64,000 nucleotides of DNA from Octopus vulgaris (Eukaryota): the NCBI GenBank assembly GCA_951406725.2, contig OX597814.1, positions 70,928,001 to 70,992,000 of the forward strand, given 5' to 3'. Within the stretch, counting starts at the first letter, position 1, and each line of letters begins with the position of its first letter. Positions 25,051 through 41,019 of the stretch are shown here, one piece after another. The notes below the pieces were generated by a model. It made no database searches and was not told where the DNA came from. It saw nothing but the letters and a program-made list of their open reading frames with translations. Position numbers and translations under genes: made by a program.

Positions 25051-26142
25051 TGTTCAAAAAGATGCAGAATTATAATTTACAAAAATTAGATATGTATATT
25101 GTAAAAATAATTAACAACAGCAGGTATTATGATGAATGATAACTATTTCTGATTAATTGGTCGCTCAACCGGAAAAGCATTATAGCCCAATTTTCCTCAA
25201 TTCCACGATACCGTATTCAATACTGAAATACCAGGATAGACATGATATGATATATCATGTAAAAACAAAAAAATTATCAGGGCTAAAACATTGATAGAAG
25301 AATAAAATTTCAACATATAAATTTCACTACTATATGCTGATATCGTAAGCGACAGAAACTCGATCTCATCCCTTAACAGGACCCAATACTCGTTCAAAAG
25401 TAAAATTCCTACCTTTTATATTTTCCTCACACAAAAGCTTACAAGCAGCTACAACATTGGATTATAGCAGTTGGGGATTGCTCTTTGTCCAATCCATTTC
25501 GAAATTCGGACCGTTTATTTTTTAAGATAACTATATTTTGGTACCTGCTGCGTGACAGGATTCCAGCCGGTTTGGTAATTGTCTTTGTATGACACTGCTA
25601 AGAGGTAAATGAAATTGCTGCACTATTATTACAACTCATACGATCAGTTACAAGAGATGTGGTACGAAGTTTGTTTGAACTGCTAAGTGATTTGTATTCG
25701 CCTGTCTAACGAACATGAATCAAAGCTTCCTAGGCAGCGCCACTGATACATTTGAACTAAATTGAAGTCTTTCTGAACGTGAGTCGAGTCTTTTCCCAAA
25801 TGACAATTCTGTAGACTTATAAAGCTATCAATGCAACTTAAACGTTATCATTTTAATTTGATACTTTCAAATATTTAGTAAATAATTAGTTCACTTTACA
25901 TAAAAGTATATTTAGAAAAATGATAAATCTCATCTTCATATTCCAAGTTTTGGTCACGGCTGTATTATTTTTTGTACAGGTATCATCTTGTTCATTACAC
26001 ATGCACGCATGCAGACACTGCATACACATATATGTACGCATTTTTGCACACCAAAAAAACAAACGCTCACATAGATAAAATGAATACAAATAAAAATGCA
26101 ACAAAACAGATGCTAGTTTCTGTGATCAGAAATATTAATGTA

Positions 26143-26920
26143 CTAGCAAAAATACCCAACGTCGCCTGGGTTAAAGAGAATAATGAAATTTAAAAACGCC
26201 ATCTAGATTACGCAGATCTCAACTGCTAGTAGCTGAAATACCAACTTTCTACATTAATAACTCTCCATCCCATGCCAGCATGGATCATAGACGTTAAGTG
26301 AAATGTTAAAAGAAAGTTTTCAACTCATATATGTATATAAAGTAAATACACGTAATTCAAAAACACGTTTTGTGTAGCTTATTTCGTAGCAAAAAAAAAA
26401 CAGGTATATAAACTATGAAAGCCGATTTTGGTTATTCATTTGACAGAGGTAGTAGAGAGTTAATCCGATGATAAATCTGACCCTGGATCTTGAAAGTTTG
26501 CATGAATCCTGGCTCAGTTAAATCTCTTGTGGTTCTAAATGATGTCATCTGTAGTCCAACGTTGTATTGTCTAATTTTGCTTTGCAAGTGCTTGGAATCT
26601 TGGTCAGTTGATGACAACAGTTTCTTCAATGGCTCTGGAGGTTGGGGGATTGCAGGGAGTTTAACCTTTCCACCACTGCAGCACAGTGCTGGTGTCTTTC
26701 CAGGCCACTTCCTTGCTTTACAATGTATGAACTCAGTTGTCATTGCACCAATGGAAACTCTAGCATCATCTGCATAATGAATTGCTGGATCATAATTGAA
26801 AGTTACTTCATAGAAATTGCTTCTTAGAGCTGTTGCAATTACCCTTCGTTCTACAGTGGAGATCCTATTCCTTATCAGTCGTGCATACCTCTGTTCATCA
26901 CTTTGAGATGCTCTGGCTTT
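26143..26920 (-). mobile_element. Internally deleted Helitron: 3' terminus joined to RepHel N-terminal coding sequence
   Basis: On the minus strand the hairpin acccaggcgacgttgggt is followed by CTAG|T (CTAG at 26143-26146). ORF 26432-26743 reads CKARKW..CCSGGKVKLP..IRQYN..QMTSF..FKIQGQIYHRI. Confidence 0.9.
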
Positions 26921-26923
26921 TGT

Positions 26924-29900
26924 AGTTAGTTAGTTAGTTACTTAGTTAATTTGGCTCAAAAGCAAATAGCAAGGCCATGTAGGGGGACATGGAGTTAAGT
27001 ACAGGGTGGTGTTCATGTAAAGAGTTCAGGCCACTTGAGGTCAAGGGAGGCTTTGAACAAAAGCGGTCGTCGGCATCTTCACCATCTCGTCTGGCAGCTC
27101 GTTCCACGGATCCGCAACCAGGACGGAGAAAGCTCCTCTCCTTCGATTGAGATGAAATCATCGCAGGTAGAGCTTTTCGGAATGACCCCGCAGCCGACGC
27201 TCTGGAGCAGGAGTGAAGAACAGCTCTTTCGAGAGGTTACACTTTCCGCTTATGATGTTGTGGGCGAGAATGAGATCACCACGGCGACGGCGTTTTTCAA
27301 GAGAATAAAGGTCGAGCGTCCTCAGCCTTTCTTCGTAGGACAAATTTTTGAGACCATGAACCATGCGGGTAGCCAGCTTCTGGACTCTTTCGAGATGCTG
27401 TATGTCTTTGAGGAGATAAGGAGAAGAGGCTTGAATCCCGTACTCCAATATGGGTCTCACCAGCGTGACATAGAGTGGTAGGAATATGGCTGCTGTGAGC
27501 ATTCCGAATGACCGTCGAATCAAGAACAGAATTCCGTGTGCTTTGTTGGCAGCATGGACGCACTGGGCCGAAGGCGAAAAGGAGGAATCCACCAAGATAC
27601 CCAGGTCCTTTACCTGATCGGTCCTCTCCAGCAGCAGACGACCCGGCTCGAAATCAAGTTGAGTTGCAGGAGGAGAGCCAACAGGCAGATGACAGCACTT
27701 TGACACGTTCAGACACAGGTCCCATTCGTTAGACCACTTCCAAATTTGGTGGAGGCATCGACGAAGATCCTCTATATCACCGCGAGAAGCGACCAGTTTG
27801 ATATCGTCGGCAAATAGAAGGGTGTGTTGCGTGAGGTCGTCGGGCAAGTCATTTATGAAGACTAAGAACAATAAGGGCCCAAGCACTGAACCTTGAGGCA
27901 CGCCACTGCTCGCACTGGAGACGTCGGACCGCGAGCCATTAACTTGGACTTGGAAGGAGCGATCTGAGAGGAAGGCACCAACCCATCGTACAATATCCGG
28001 ATGGAAAATATATGCTTGAAGCTTGACAAGTAATAGGCGGTGGTTTACCGAGTCAAAAGCTTTGGCAAAGTCCAATAAAACGATGTCAACAGCATCACTA
28101 TCATCGAGGATGCGCGTCACCAATTCTTCCATTACCAGTAAGTTGGTCAAGCATGATCTCTTCGGCACGAAGCCGTGTTGGAAATCAGATATAGAGGGTG
28201 TGTTTTGGAGGTGAAGCATCATACTTTTCTTAAGGATGGTTTCGAACATCTTGCTGATTATTGATGTAAGGGAAACCGGTCGGTAGTTAAGCGGGTCTTC
28301 GCGGCTCCCTTTCTTGAAAGTTGGGCAGATTATTGCTGTTCTCCAGTCCGCAGGTATAATACCCGTCGCCAATGACATATTGAATAGACGTGTTAAGGGC
28401 TCGCAGATGACCGGAGCCAACGCTTTGATAACCCGTGGGTGTATGCCGTCAGGGTTGACCCTTGTTGACATCGAGGCCTTGAATAACACGTTTGACTTCG
28501 TCCCGCGTGATGACCAATCGAAGCATTGGAGGTACCGATCTATCAAATGGAGGGGTTTCACGACCATCATCTTGTTTGAAAATAGTTGAAAAAGCCTCGG
28601 CAAATAATTGACTCTGTTGATAAGGGTCCTCAATCGATACGCCTGTTGAGTCTACCAACGTTGCAATCTGGTTGTTCAAGCGGGAATTCCATTGGACATG
28701 GGCAAAGAAGGTTTTTGGATTGCTACTGGCATTTGCCGCGATTTTGTATTCATAACTGAAGCGTTCTTCCTTTTCAATTTTCACGGCTCGGTCTCGTTGA
28801 GTTTTGTACACCTCAAAAGCTGCAGTCGAATCCAGATTTTTGAATTCAGCCCAAGCAATATCTCTGAGTCGACGTTCTCGTTTAACCTTCTTCGTCACCC
28901 AGGGCTTGTGTTTCTTCTTCTTGGGAAGCCCAACGGGAACTGCCTGGTCAGTCAACCAGATTACATATGCTTTGAGGGATGACCATAGTTCGTCAACTGA
29001 GGACAACGTCATCAGGGATCGCCAGTCCAGAAGCGCGGAGGCCTCGGTTAGAATTTCAAGATTAATTGCAGAGAAGACTCTACGTGGCAGCGAAGTAGTC
29101 GTGGGCGTAGAAAAAGTTGTGTGCATGACGAACTTCAGGACCGGATGATCACTCTTGGCAAGAGGGGCGCACACAAATACGTCTGACACTGATCTTGGAT
29201 AGCGGGAGAATACCAGATCCAGCATAGATGGCTGCTGCCCAGACCGATGCCTTGTCGGATATTCAACATGTTGCGATAGAAAACAATCTTCAGCCACGTC
29301 AAGAAGGGCCTGGCCGAACCGGGAAGATGTTGTACAAATTGATGCGGGCCAATCGATCGTGGGAGCGTTGAAGTCTCCTAGTACCAAACAGTCACGCGAA
29401 GCTGAAACGAATCTTATCGCTTCGAGTAAATGAGCATCGTCCTGGGGGTCGGCAAGAGGCGGCCTGTAGACAGCTAACACGGGCAGGCAAAACTCGGATA
29501 GGCTCAGCTTGCAATAGACGGCATCGAATTTTGTTGTAGGTTGAGCATTAGTGGGTAGAATACCGCTGGACGGTTTGTGCTCAGATTTAACATAGACAGC
29601 AACACCTCCACCTCGCCTTTTTTCTCTGTCACATCTGAAAAGGACGTAGCCCTGCAGGTGGATTTCTGAGTCCTTTACTGCTGGAGTCAGCCAAGTCTCG
29701 GTGATAGCTATCACATCAGGGGAGTCACGTATGGCCAGTGCAAATAGTTCGCTGAACTTTGGGAATAAGGAGCACGAGTTGGTATAGACGATGCTGAGCT
29801 GTGAAGTTTGAGGGGCGGGAGTTGGGGAACAAGCAGAATAAGGGGTATCAGAGATAGCATTGTTGACGGGGGTATCAACTTCACTTCGATCTGCCCTCAC

Positions 29901-31280
29901 TTCACTTTCCCTGTCAGCACTACAGCATGCGACCAGAGGTAGGACTTGATTATTTGTCCATCTTGGATGCGTAAACCCTTCTCTCCCATCTGTTTCCTCA
30001 TCTTTAGTTCGGATATTAGGTTTCTCCGGCGAATTCTCTCTCTCAGTGAGTATTCCTCGCGAAAACCCATATTGGGGTCCTCCCAGGCATGCGTCTGAGC
30101 TCTGTTCAGAAAGGCTGAAGCCTCCCGATCGGAAGAAAAGATTACCCTTATTGGGCGTGGTCTAGTATCTGAGGTTGGGTTCGCTTGGAATCTTCCTAGC
30201 CGAGCGACCTTATGGATACTGACATTTTCGTTCACAGAGAACAATTCTCCAACTAAAATGGAAACACAATTAATGTCTTCTTTTAGGCGGTTTATGCCTG
30301 TATCACAGGTGGATTCAGCTTTACCATAAATTATTGCTGTTCTCTACTATGAGCTGCGGTATTCGATTCTTCATTGGATGATTTCGAACGGGTGGTTTCA
30401 TAGCCATCAGACTTATGTCGGCCTGTGGGGTCGATCGGAATGGGTTTAGTGGTCATAATTATCCCGCCTGGTTTGGAACTGCACTGCCTCTTCTTCGGTT
30501 TGGGGGAGCACCACTCCCCAGATGAACTCACATCGAGATCGTTCAGAATTGGTTGAGCAATGGCATTAATGGGAAGGACAAGTGAGGGAGAATCTAAACA
30601 TATTTTATCGTGATCAGGTTTCATAGCTAAATCTTCCCCACTGGAGTTTTGACTACGTTTCTTCTTTTGGGGAGAACAACGGTCTTCAGGTGGGTTTGAG
30701 TCTACGCTCCTCAAATTAGGTTGGGGAACCTCCGGGACCGAAAAGGCAGATGAGGAAGAATCCGCACAGGAACGATCATGTGCAGAAACGACCGCCGGTT
30801 CCTTCGCCTTCTTTGGCCGCTTCGATTTTGTTCCCTTCGGTTTGGACGTCTCCAGGGAAGAAATCAAGGGTGACTCTGCGTCAATAGGAGACTGTTTATT
30901 CAGTAAAAGAGCAACAACAGACTTTAGGTGCTCGACCTCTTGTTTGAGCAGCAGCAACTGCTCGTTGAGCTGACTATTGGTAGGACCATCATCTTGATGA
31001 GAAGCCCTTCTTGCAGATCTCAGTTTCGATCTGTAGGCAGCTGACATGATAGATGGTTGACTAAAAACAATCTTCTATGGGCTCTAGGACAAATCTGAGT
31101 TAAATCAGGAACAAAAAACAGTTGCAATCCTTGTAGGAGTAGGCAACAGCAGACAAAATCTGAGAGAGTTTGGGCTGAGCCGAATCACAATCCAAGATTG
31201 AAAGCAGACGGTGAAACGAGTCGGGAACCCTTCCTAATTGTCTGAAGCAGCTTTAGGATAAGGGATAGTAGGTCCAACTT
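26924..31280 (-). mobile_element. Young, nearly intact CR1-type LINE inserted in the Helitron
   Basis: ORF1 29897-31047 has one frameshift. ORF2 has APE 28449-29900 (ITETWL, GGGV, GDFN, SDH) and RT 27158-28633 (NYRPVSL, DFAKAFD, GVPQGSVLGP, FADD, RGHSEKL). The 3' tail is (TAAC)n; the 5' boundary is uncertain. Confidence 0.95.
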
Positions 31281-31799
31281 TAGAATATTGATATGCATCT
31301 AAAATGTTCCACACGATTAAATATCATTTGACGTGCCATTTAGTACTTCAATAATTGCGTCTGCGCATGTTTGTATATGTGTGAATAATGTGTTTATGTG
31401 CGAGAAGGCACATGTTTTTGTCTATCGTTAATTTAGATTATTAAGTTTTTCTTCTTTTTTCCTCACGTTTTTCCCTTTTAAAGTATTTATTTTTAAAGTA
31501 ATTTATACGTTGGAGGGAGGGCTGAGGGTGTGTTTTTATTGTAAATTCTCTTTTCTCCCAGCACAGAGAAAGAAAGGGATTTTTCGTTGGTGCCACCGGT
31601 ATAATTCAGACACGGGGAAAGACATCTTGGTGTCATCGTCAACTTGTGTTTCTAATTGTAGCGATAGTAGTAACAGCAGTAAATTCTGATAGCAGCAGTA
31701 GCAATAGTTCATAAAGTGAGATGAAGAACGATCGGTCAAAGAGAGTTCAAATTGTCTGCAATAGTGTTGATGGAACTTGCGAACAGTGACCTTGACTTT

Positions 31800-32200
31800 G
31801 AGAAAAATCCTGTCCGTTTCTTGGTATGCTTCCCTTTCTACAGCTGTCTCTCTTTCCAAGGACAGAGACATCTTTTTGGCTGACCTTGATATTGTAGATA
31901 AGTTTGACACTTTCCTTCTAGGCATGGCTGTGCACGTATACAGAAATACACGGGTGCAGAAGATAGTAACGGAAATTATAGAAAGTAAATAAGAAATTTT
32001 TACAGAAAATGAAGAATTGTACGAGTTGAAGCAAAATTTGTCAGTGAACCAAAGAGCCAGTATCGAAGGAATCAGAAAACAGCCGTTAATAGAAGAAAGA
32101 CACAAAATCGTTACAAAAGTAAATAAGAACTTTTTAGGGAAATTAACTAAATGTACGGGTTTAAGTGAAAATTTTGAAGTTACTTCTGTCAGTAAATTAA
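31800..32200 (-). mobile_element. Probable 5' portion of the same Helitron (RepHel start)
   Basis: MPRRKVSNLSTISRSAKKMSLSLERETAVERE resembles Helitron RepHel N-termini. It is co-oriented with and upstream of the RASQSDEQR segment near 26900. Confidence 0.55.
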
Positions 32201-32299
32201 GAACTTAATTTTATCAGTAATTACGTCAACAACAACAAAAAAAACCCACACACACAAAACGTTGCAAAAGTAACCAGACAGGTTACCAGTCTGGGTCAA

Positions 32300-32333
<34 letters not shown>

Positions 32334-32419
32334 CATTCGAGCTGTGCGGATAATACTAGACTGAGTTGGTGCTTCAACTTAAGTAACTAATTCAACTGAA
32401 TATATATATATATATATAT

Positions 32420-34553
<2,134 letters not shown>

Positions 34554-35075
34554 ATGGGTGTGAGGGGGGTGTTTGTGTATATATATCTATACATTCATAC
34601 ATACATACATACATATATACATATCTTTATGTCCGTGTATGTATTTTTATGTTTATATGTTTTTATTTTTCTGTATGTTTATATTTTTATATGTATATGC
34701 ATGTGTACAAATACGTATATATTCATAAATATGGGAATGCATGAGCGTTTTGAAATACGATAATTAAGGAATTAATTTGTGGTGAACGTAATTTGTTGCA
34801 AAAATTTAGGGCTAATGCAAGGGAGATAACAATCAAGATATTCTTATGAGTGACCTCACATGACCTATGTATTTATTTCGAAATCCCGTTCACTCGTGTG
34901 AACTCGTGTATTTCCAAATCAAATGGAGACGAGTACCAACATTTCTATGTGGCACACTTGAATAATTGTGAAGATCTCTTCACAGAAAACCATTGTTAGC
35001 CTTCTTAACCCACAAATAAAGCATATGTGTATGTGTGTATGTATGTATGTGTTTGTGCATACATGTATACATATA

Positions 35076-36349
35076 CAGGAGTTGAACAAAATAATGGAAA
35101 CATCTGAAAATTTCAAGCAAATTTATCTTAATATGGGGTAGGACCGCCTTTGGCAGTAATTACAGCTTGAATTTTAGTGAGGTATGGACTCGTACAAAGT
35201 TTGAAATGTTTCCAAAGGAATTTTGTCCATTTTTCATCTAAAACAGTCTCCAGTTCTTGTAGTGATGATGGTGGAGTATATCGACTCCTAACTTGTTTTT
35301 CTAGAATGCATCATAAATATTCAACAATATTGAGATCTGGGGACAGTGATGGCCAGATAAGATGTTCAACTTCACTAAAATGTTCCTCGTGCCATTCAGT
35401 AACAACTTTAGCTGTGTGAATTGGTGCATTATCATCCTGAAAGATTGCGTTACCCTCCGGAAACAGTTCTGCAACCATAGGATGAATTTGATCAGATAAT
35501 ATGAGTCTTCACTATTAATTCTGCCATGAATGGAAACTATTGGGCTGGCGGATTTACAAGATATAGCCCCCCTCCCCCTCCCGATCATCACAGATCCTCC
35601 TCCATGTTTAACAGTTGGAAGAAGGCAGTCTGGGTCAGATGCTTCTTTCGGCTGTCTCCACGCGTATACTTGGTTGGCGGTCGGAAATAAGGCAAAGGAT
35701 GACTCGTTCGAAAGAATAACATTTTCCCACTGCTCTCGGGAACAATTCTGTAGGTTTTTACTCTACTCTAGACACTTTGCAATGTTCGTTTTTGAAAGTA
35801 GTGGTTTTCTGATTGCAGCCCTCCTGTGAAATCCGGCTTTATGCAGCTCCTGGCGAACAGTTTTTGTGGAAACTGAGTTCTCGAGATGGTCATTAAGCGC
35901 TGCAGTAATTTTGGGAGCTGTACTTTTGTGATCTTTTCTAATAATTCGCGTAAGAATCCGACGGTCCCTATCTGAAAGTTTGGGTTTTCTTCCGGAGTTT
36001 TGTTTCGACAGGAGGTTTTTCCCCTCTTTCTCAAAGGTGTCATTACTTTCGAGACAGTACTTCTTGATATACCAAACATTTAGGCTGTTTTCGTTACGCT
36101 AGCGCCAGCCATACGAGCATCAACAATTTGACCTCTTTGAAAGTCCGATAAATCTGTCATTATAATGAATTTTAATTACCTTTTTCTGATGATATCTGAA
36201 AAGAAATAGCAATTTTAGCAAAACATATTAAGCAACATTAATATTAAAAAACAACAACATAAAAATAAACACGCTTTTGACGGTTTTATAGATATTTCAA
36301 AATCATGATGCTATGATGTTAGGTTTTCCACCATTTTGTCCAATCCCTC
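35076..36349 (-). mobile_element. Tc1-like DNA transposon with degenerate TIRs; transposase pseudogene 35128-36160
   Basis: Left end TA|caggagttgaacaaaataatggaaa; right end ttttccaccattttgtccaatccct. The protein reads MTDLSDFQRGQIV..ISRSTVSKV..FQDDNAPIH..SPDLNIVE..AKGGPTPY*. Confidence 0.93.
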
Positions 36350-36359
36350 TCACTCTCTC

Positions 36360-36391
<32 letters not shown>

Positions 36392-36396
36392 CTTAT

Positions 36397-36467
<71 letters not shown>

Positions 36468-36470
<3 letters not shown>

Positions 36471-37045
36471 AAGGTAGAAAATGCTAAAATAATTTTATCA
36501 TAAAAAACATTTTAGTACCGGTTTCAATCATTGAAACTTTTTCAACTCCAAGTATGGAAAGCAAATTTTTCAAAAATTAAATGAAAAATTTTTTAAAGAA
36601 TATTTGCGTAGTATTTAAATACAAGAGGCATTTTCCTTGTTTCTGCCTTTTTTTTTTTTTACTGAAAGTGACCTGTTGCGGATGATAGTAGAGATTGAAT
36701 TTTTTAGATATCTCTTTTGAATGTGTTGTTTTTAATATTTGCATTGGTGTTATTCTAAGCAGCAATAGTCGTAAAGTTAGGAAGGAGATGGCGGAGAGGA
36801 AGAAAAAACGAAGAAGGGGGAGAAGAAGAGAAAGAATAATAATAAAAAATGCGAGAGTAGTAGTAGGATGTTAAGTGATCAAGTGACCTATAAATGGATC
36901 GCTGTAGATTATAATAGTGATTGAGACTGTTTTTAATGAATTCTTGGGTATTTCTTTTGAATGTATCATTTTTAATATTTGCGTGTGTGTTATTGTCCTG
37001 GTGGATATGTCATTTGTTGTAGATGCGTTCAAAAGGGGTGTGTAT
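36468..37045 (-). mobile_element. PLE 3' tail (pseudo-LTR-like) with an internal direct repeat and a decayed HHR
   Basis: A repeat of about 50 bp lies at 36710-36760 and 36949-37000. The minus strand near 36515-36548 reads ag-TTGAAAA..GAAA-CCGG-TA-ct. Bounded by (TA)n. Confidence 0.5.
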
Positions 37046-37053
37046 TTTGTGAG

Positions 37054-37125
<72 letters not shown>

Positions 37126-37184
37126 TGTGTATGCATGTGTGTATATATATATATGTATGTGTGTATGCGTGTGTGTGTGTGCAT

Positions 37185-37341
37185 GCGTTTGACTCCCAAC
37201 TGCTTGACGACTGGTGTCACTTTGCTTACGGTCCTATGATTTAGCATTTCCGCAAAAGCGGCCGATGAAATCAGTATCAGACCAAAACCTGGTATAGCAT
37301 AACCGTAGTCTAATGACTGAAACAATTAAAAGATAAAAGAT
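37185..37341 (+). mobile_element. SINE 3' half, decayed
   Basis: Homologous to the reverse complement of 18385-18590; tail tgactgaaacaattaaaagataaaaga. Confidence 0.75.
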
Positions 37342-37574
37342 TAACAATGACTGAGTGTATTGTTGAAGATATTTCTAAGTTTACCTCTATAGATTTTCTA
37401 TAGAAATTAGAACAAGCACTGAAAGTTACGATGTTTCGTATACGAATACGGTTACGTGAACAATGCAATCGAAGAGAGAAAATAGATAGATTAGGTAAAC
37501 AAAAAGTAATATATACGCTAAACCTAGCGGGTACTTGATTAATATTTTCGAGGACAGGTAATTGCTTAAATGTG

Positions 37575-37615
37575 GTGCTGAAGAAGGGGCAAAATGTCCT
37601 GAAAAATGCGTATAC
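37575..37615 (+). ncRNA. Minimal hammerhead motif (stem III mismatch)
   Basis: Reads gtg-CTGAAGA-a-GGGGC aaaat GTCCT-GAAA-aATGCg-TA-tac. Confidence 0.55.
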
Positions 37616-40278
37616 ACTTATTACCTATTTTATCTATATTTTAAGTTTTTTTCTATCTATTTAACTTATTTTTCTCTCTGCGATCGTATTGTTTACATGT
37701 TTTCGAACTTCGTAACCTTCAGTGCTGGTTCTAAATTCTATTGAAAATTTCTAGAGAAAAGCTTAGAACTGAAAACAACACACTGCTAACACAAAAGTAT
37801 TACACAGTATTAAAAACTTTAATATACCTGGTAGCATATTATGTTTGCAAAGCAAAATGCAATGTCCCTACCAGCAATTAATATGTTGAAGGCATGCCTA
37901 ATTAAAATATGCTCTGTTCTAAAATGGAGTGGTTCGGTGAGATGCATCCTGTTCTAAGACAACAATGATTGCATGAGATGCATCCTATTCTAAGACAAAA
38001 TCTAAAATCAGGAATCTCGTGAAGTAGTGCGTAATTCATATTTATTGGATATTTCAGGATTGCGTCATTTTAGGCTAAACACAAGAGGTGAGTCTCACAA
38101 TCAGAATGTACAAGTAGCTATCTCTGCTATTAGCTATAGTATTGTTACCAGACATAAATTTAATGCTTATAGAATCATTTGGAAATTTTATCAGTAATAC
38201 TGTGGCTATAGTGTTGTTTAGAGTTTCTTTTCATAATAAATTGGTGAATCAATAATTATCACCATCACGACGGAAGTATTTATTAGTATTTATTGGAATG
38301 TTGGTCAAGTGATGTAAACCTTAAAGTGTCAATAGATTCTGAAGAGAAATAATGTCAATAGGCCAGATTTGTTTCCACATAGGAGACTTTTATTGAATGT
38401 ACAAGTCGTAAATCATAATCGTAGCTACGATATCTACGATATGTTATTTGGCTGCATGTGTTGTTCGCCTTCATAAGCGGTCATCTATTTGGTGAAGGAA
38501 CATTTCACCCCATTAACAACTACGTATATAATTGGCGAAAGAAACTTTAATCAGCACGGTACAACTATTGTCGATTCTTTGCAGCATAGAATTAGTTAAT
38601 TTCTTTAACTATGGATTTAATTTTAATTAAACTCATGAACAATTATTAAGTTTCATGAACTGATGCAACGGCTGATATGGTGACGGATGTTGAAATGTAT
38701 TTTTAAAAATAATAACAAAAAAGATCAAACTGATTTAACTTGACGCAATAAATAAAAATTATTTTTAAAAACATAATAAAATAATAAAATACATCAGAAA
38801 AGAAACTATTATTAGTTTTGATGAACCCATCAAGTGATAAGTGGAAACTAAACATGTTTTCTGTTAAATTTCTTATTAACAAGAAACTGTCTCAACTGTT
38901 CTATTTGAGTTGATTTGTCTTCTTAGATGTGCAAGAATGATTGTGCTCAAAGTATAACTTTGAGTGGGAAAAGAAATTTCATTTTTGTGGAAATTGTATG
39001 TGAGATATAATAATAGAAAAATAATAGTGACGGATGAAGAAAAGAGATTACAGTGAGGAAAGCTGAAACCAATGATTTAGGTATCTAACTAGTATTGTTT
39101 TTATTGTTTTGCCAATTTAAAGTTTAGAATCCCCTGCAATTTCATTCACTCACATATTGACTCTTCTCAATACATACCGACCGATTATTGTTAGCTGCAA
39201 ATGTTTTGGTACTATATAACTAGATGAAATGAAGAAATATACTTAGAAATCTTCAATAAATGTTGAAATCTAATCCATAAACTTCAGTCTGTATAATGTC
39301 TCGCAGAAGAATAAAAACCAACGTTGATATTATGTAGTGATTTATTAGCGAATCAGACCTTATTAGATGCTAAGTGTCCAAACTATGAGTTCAAATCCAT
39401 CATGATTAACTCAAACTTTCTTTCTACTGGGATTGATGTAATAAGGAAAAACTGTCAAATAAATCATATACGAATATGCAGGCCGCCACCAAAGAGCCGC
39501 AACAGGAGCCACGTTGAGTAAAAAGTATCAGATTATATATTATGACACTTGTAAGACGAATTCGTTAACATGGGACATACACCCGCGCTCAGGATACTTA
39601 TTTTAATAATAAATAGTAGATTTCAGTTATACCACCCCTAAATATTACTTTATGAAGAAAAATATCTTAATACAGTATAGAATAAGGAAAATACTATTTA
39701 TTGCCACAATTCAGGAGAGGCAAGTATGGAGTTGCAAATATGCTGCTCCAAGGGTATTGATGAAACAAAACGGCGGAGGTGATTGTTTATCCTTTACACA
39801 CACGCGTATGTATCTGTTTGTGTGAATGAGTTCTCGTGTAAGACACGTGAATCAGAAAATTATGTTTCTGCGTGGTCGTATTTTGTAGATACGGTTTAAT
39901 ACTACTGAAGCAGTATATATTAGGGTATAGTCATTATTCTAAAATAAATGCAGATAGTCATCGAAAGAAAGACAGGGAAAGGGCAGGGAAGTGAAAATGA
40001 TACTGGAACTCCTTTATATACCAAGTCAAACGCCATCTTTCGAAGTTTGTATTCAGGTGGTAGAGAAAGCATACAAGATTCAGCTTCTTAGTCAATTTTT
40101 ATAAGTCAAAGTACGCACACATCCTACTCATTAATGTGACGATGTACATGTATTTTGGTTTCTAATGGAGATATATGAGAATGACCGCCCACGGTCATCA
40201 TCGGGTGTTTGAATTTCCCTTGTTGGCTCTTACCGTTATCTCTTCTAACAAGAGTCATTTGTTGATGCAGAACTTCTA

Positions 40279-40328
<50 letters not shown>

Positions 40329-41019
40329 TTGTGTGTGTGTGTGTGGTTGTGTGTGTGTGTGTGGTTGTGTGTGTGTGTTGTAAAGGACGAAGTGAAGAAG
40401 TGGAAAGATCAATTTCTAACCAAATTCCGTTGTTTGCCTTTCTTTCTTCCTTTTCTTTTTAACAAACTGAACATACTAGTGAATTACCTGGTAGTCCATA
40501 TCTGTGAAGCACAACCATACAGAAATGCATTTATGGATCTGAATATAGAATATATTAATTATTAAATAAATTTAGGTTTAATTGTCTAAGCATAACGCTT
40601 TAGAAAGGGAAGGTATAAATGCTTTTACTTTTTGTTCTTTCATACGAAAATAAAATTGAAGTACACAATCAACGCCTGGCTTCTGTGAAAAGATAAAACA
40701 ATGACAACGATAGATATCTCCCGACAATCGTCGTGGATACCGGACCATTCGTTATTATATATCTACATTAGAATTCAAAATACATTTGACAGTAAGGACA
40801 CAAGCAGATACTCTAAAAAAAGTGGGGACCGATACCAAGTAAAAGGATAAAAACAGTCAACTTTGCATACTATCTTTGTCAAAACAAATATTCTCCGGAT
40901 TACCGTCTGTTTGATACCCTGTACCCGTTGAAGAGCTTAATAAGGTGAACACCAAGGTTAACACTAGGATGAAACTATTGTATATTTGTGTGTGTATACA
41001 TGTGTGTGTGTGCGTGTAT

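Noticed and set aside
25445-25596. Possible minus-strand exon (ttagcag|TGTCAT..TGCTT|gtaag, open frame)
   Set aside because: The peptide is unrecognisable, and such signals arise by chance in AT-rich DNA.
31290-31800. Unexplained segment between the CR1 5' end and the Helitron N-terminus (possible captured sequence)
   Set aside because: I found no TSD, termini or coding motif, and cannot separate CR1 UTR, Helitron filler or another insertion.
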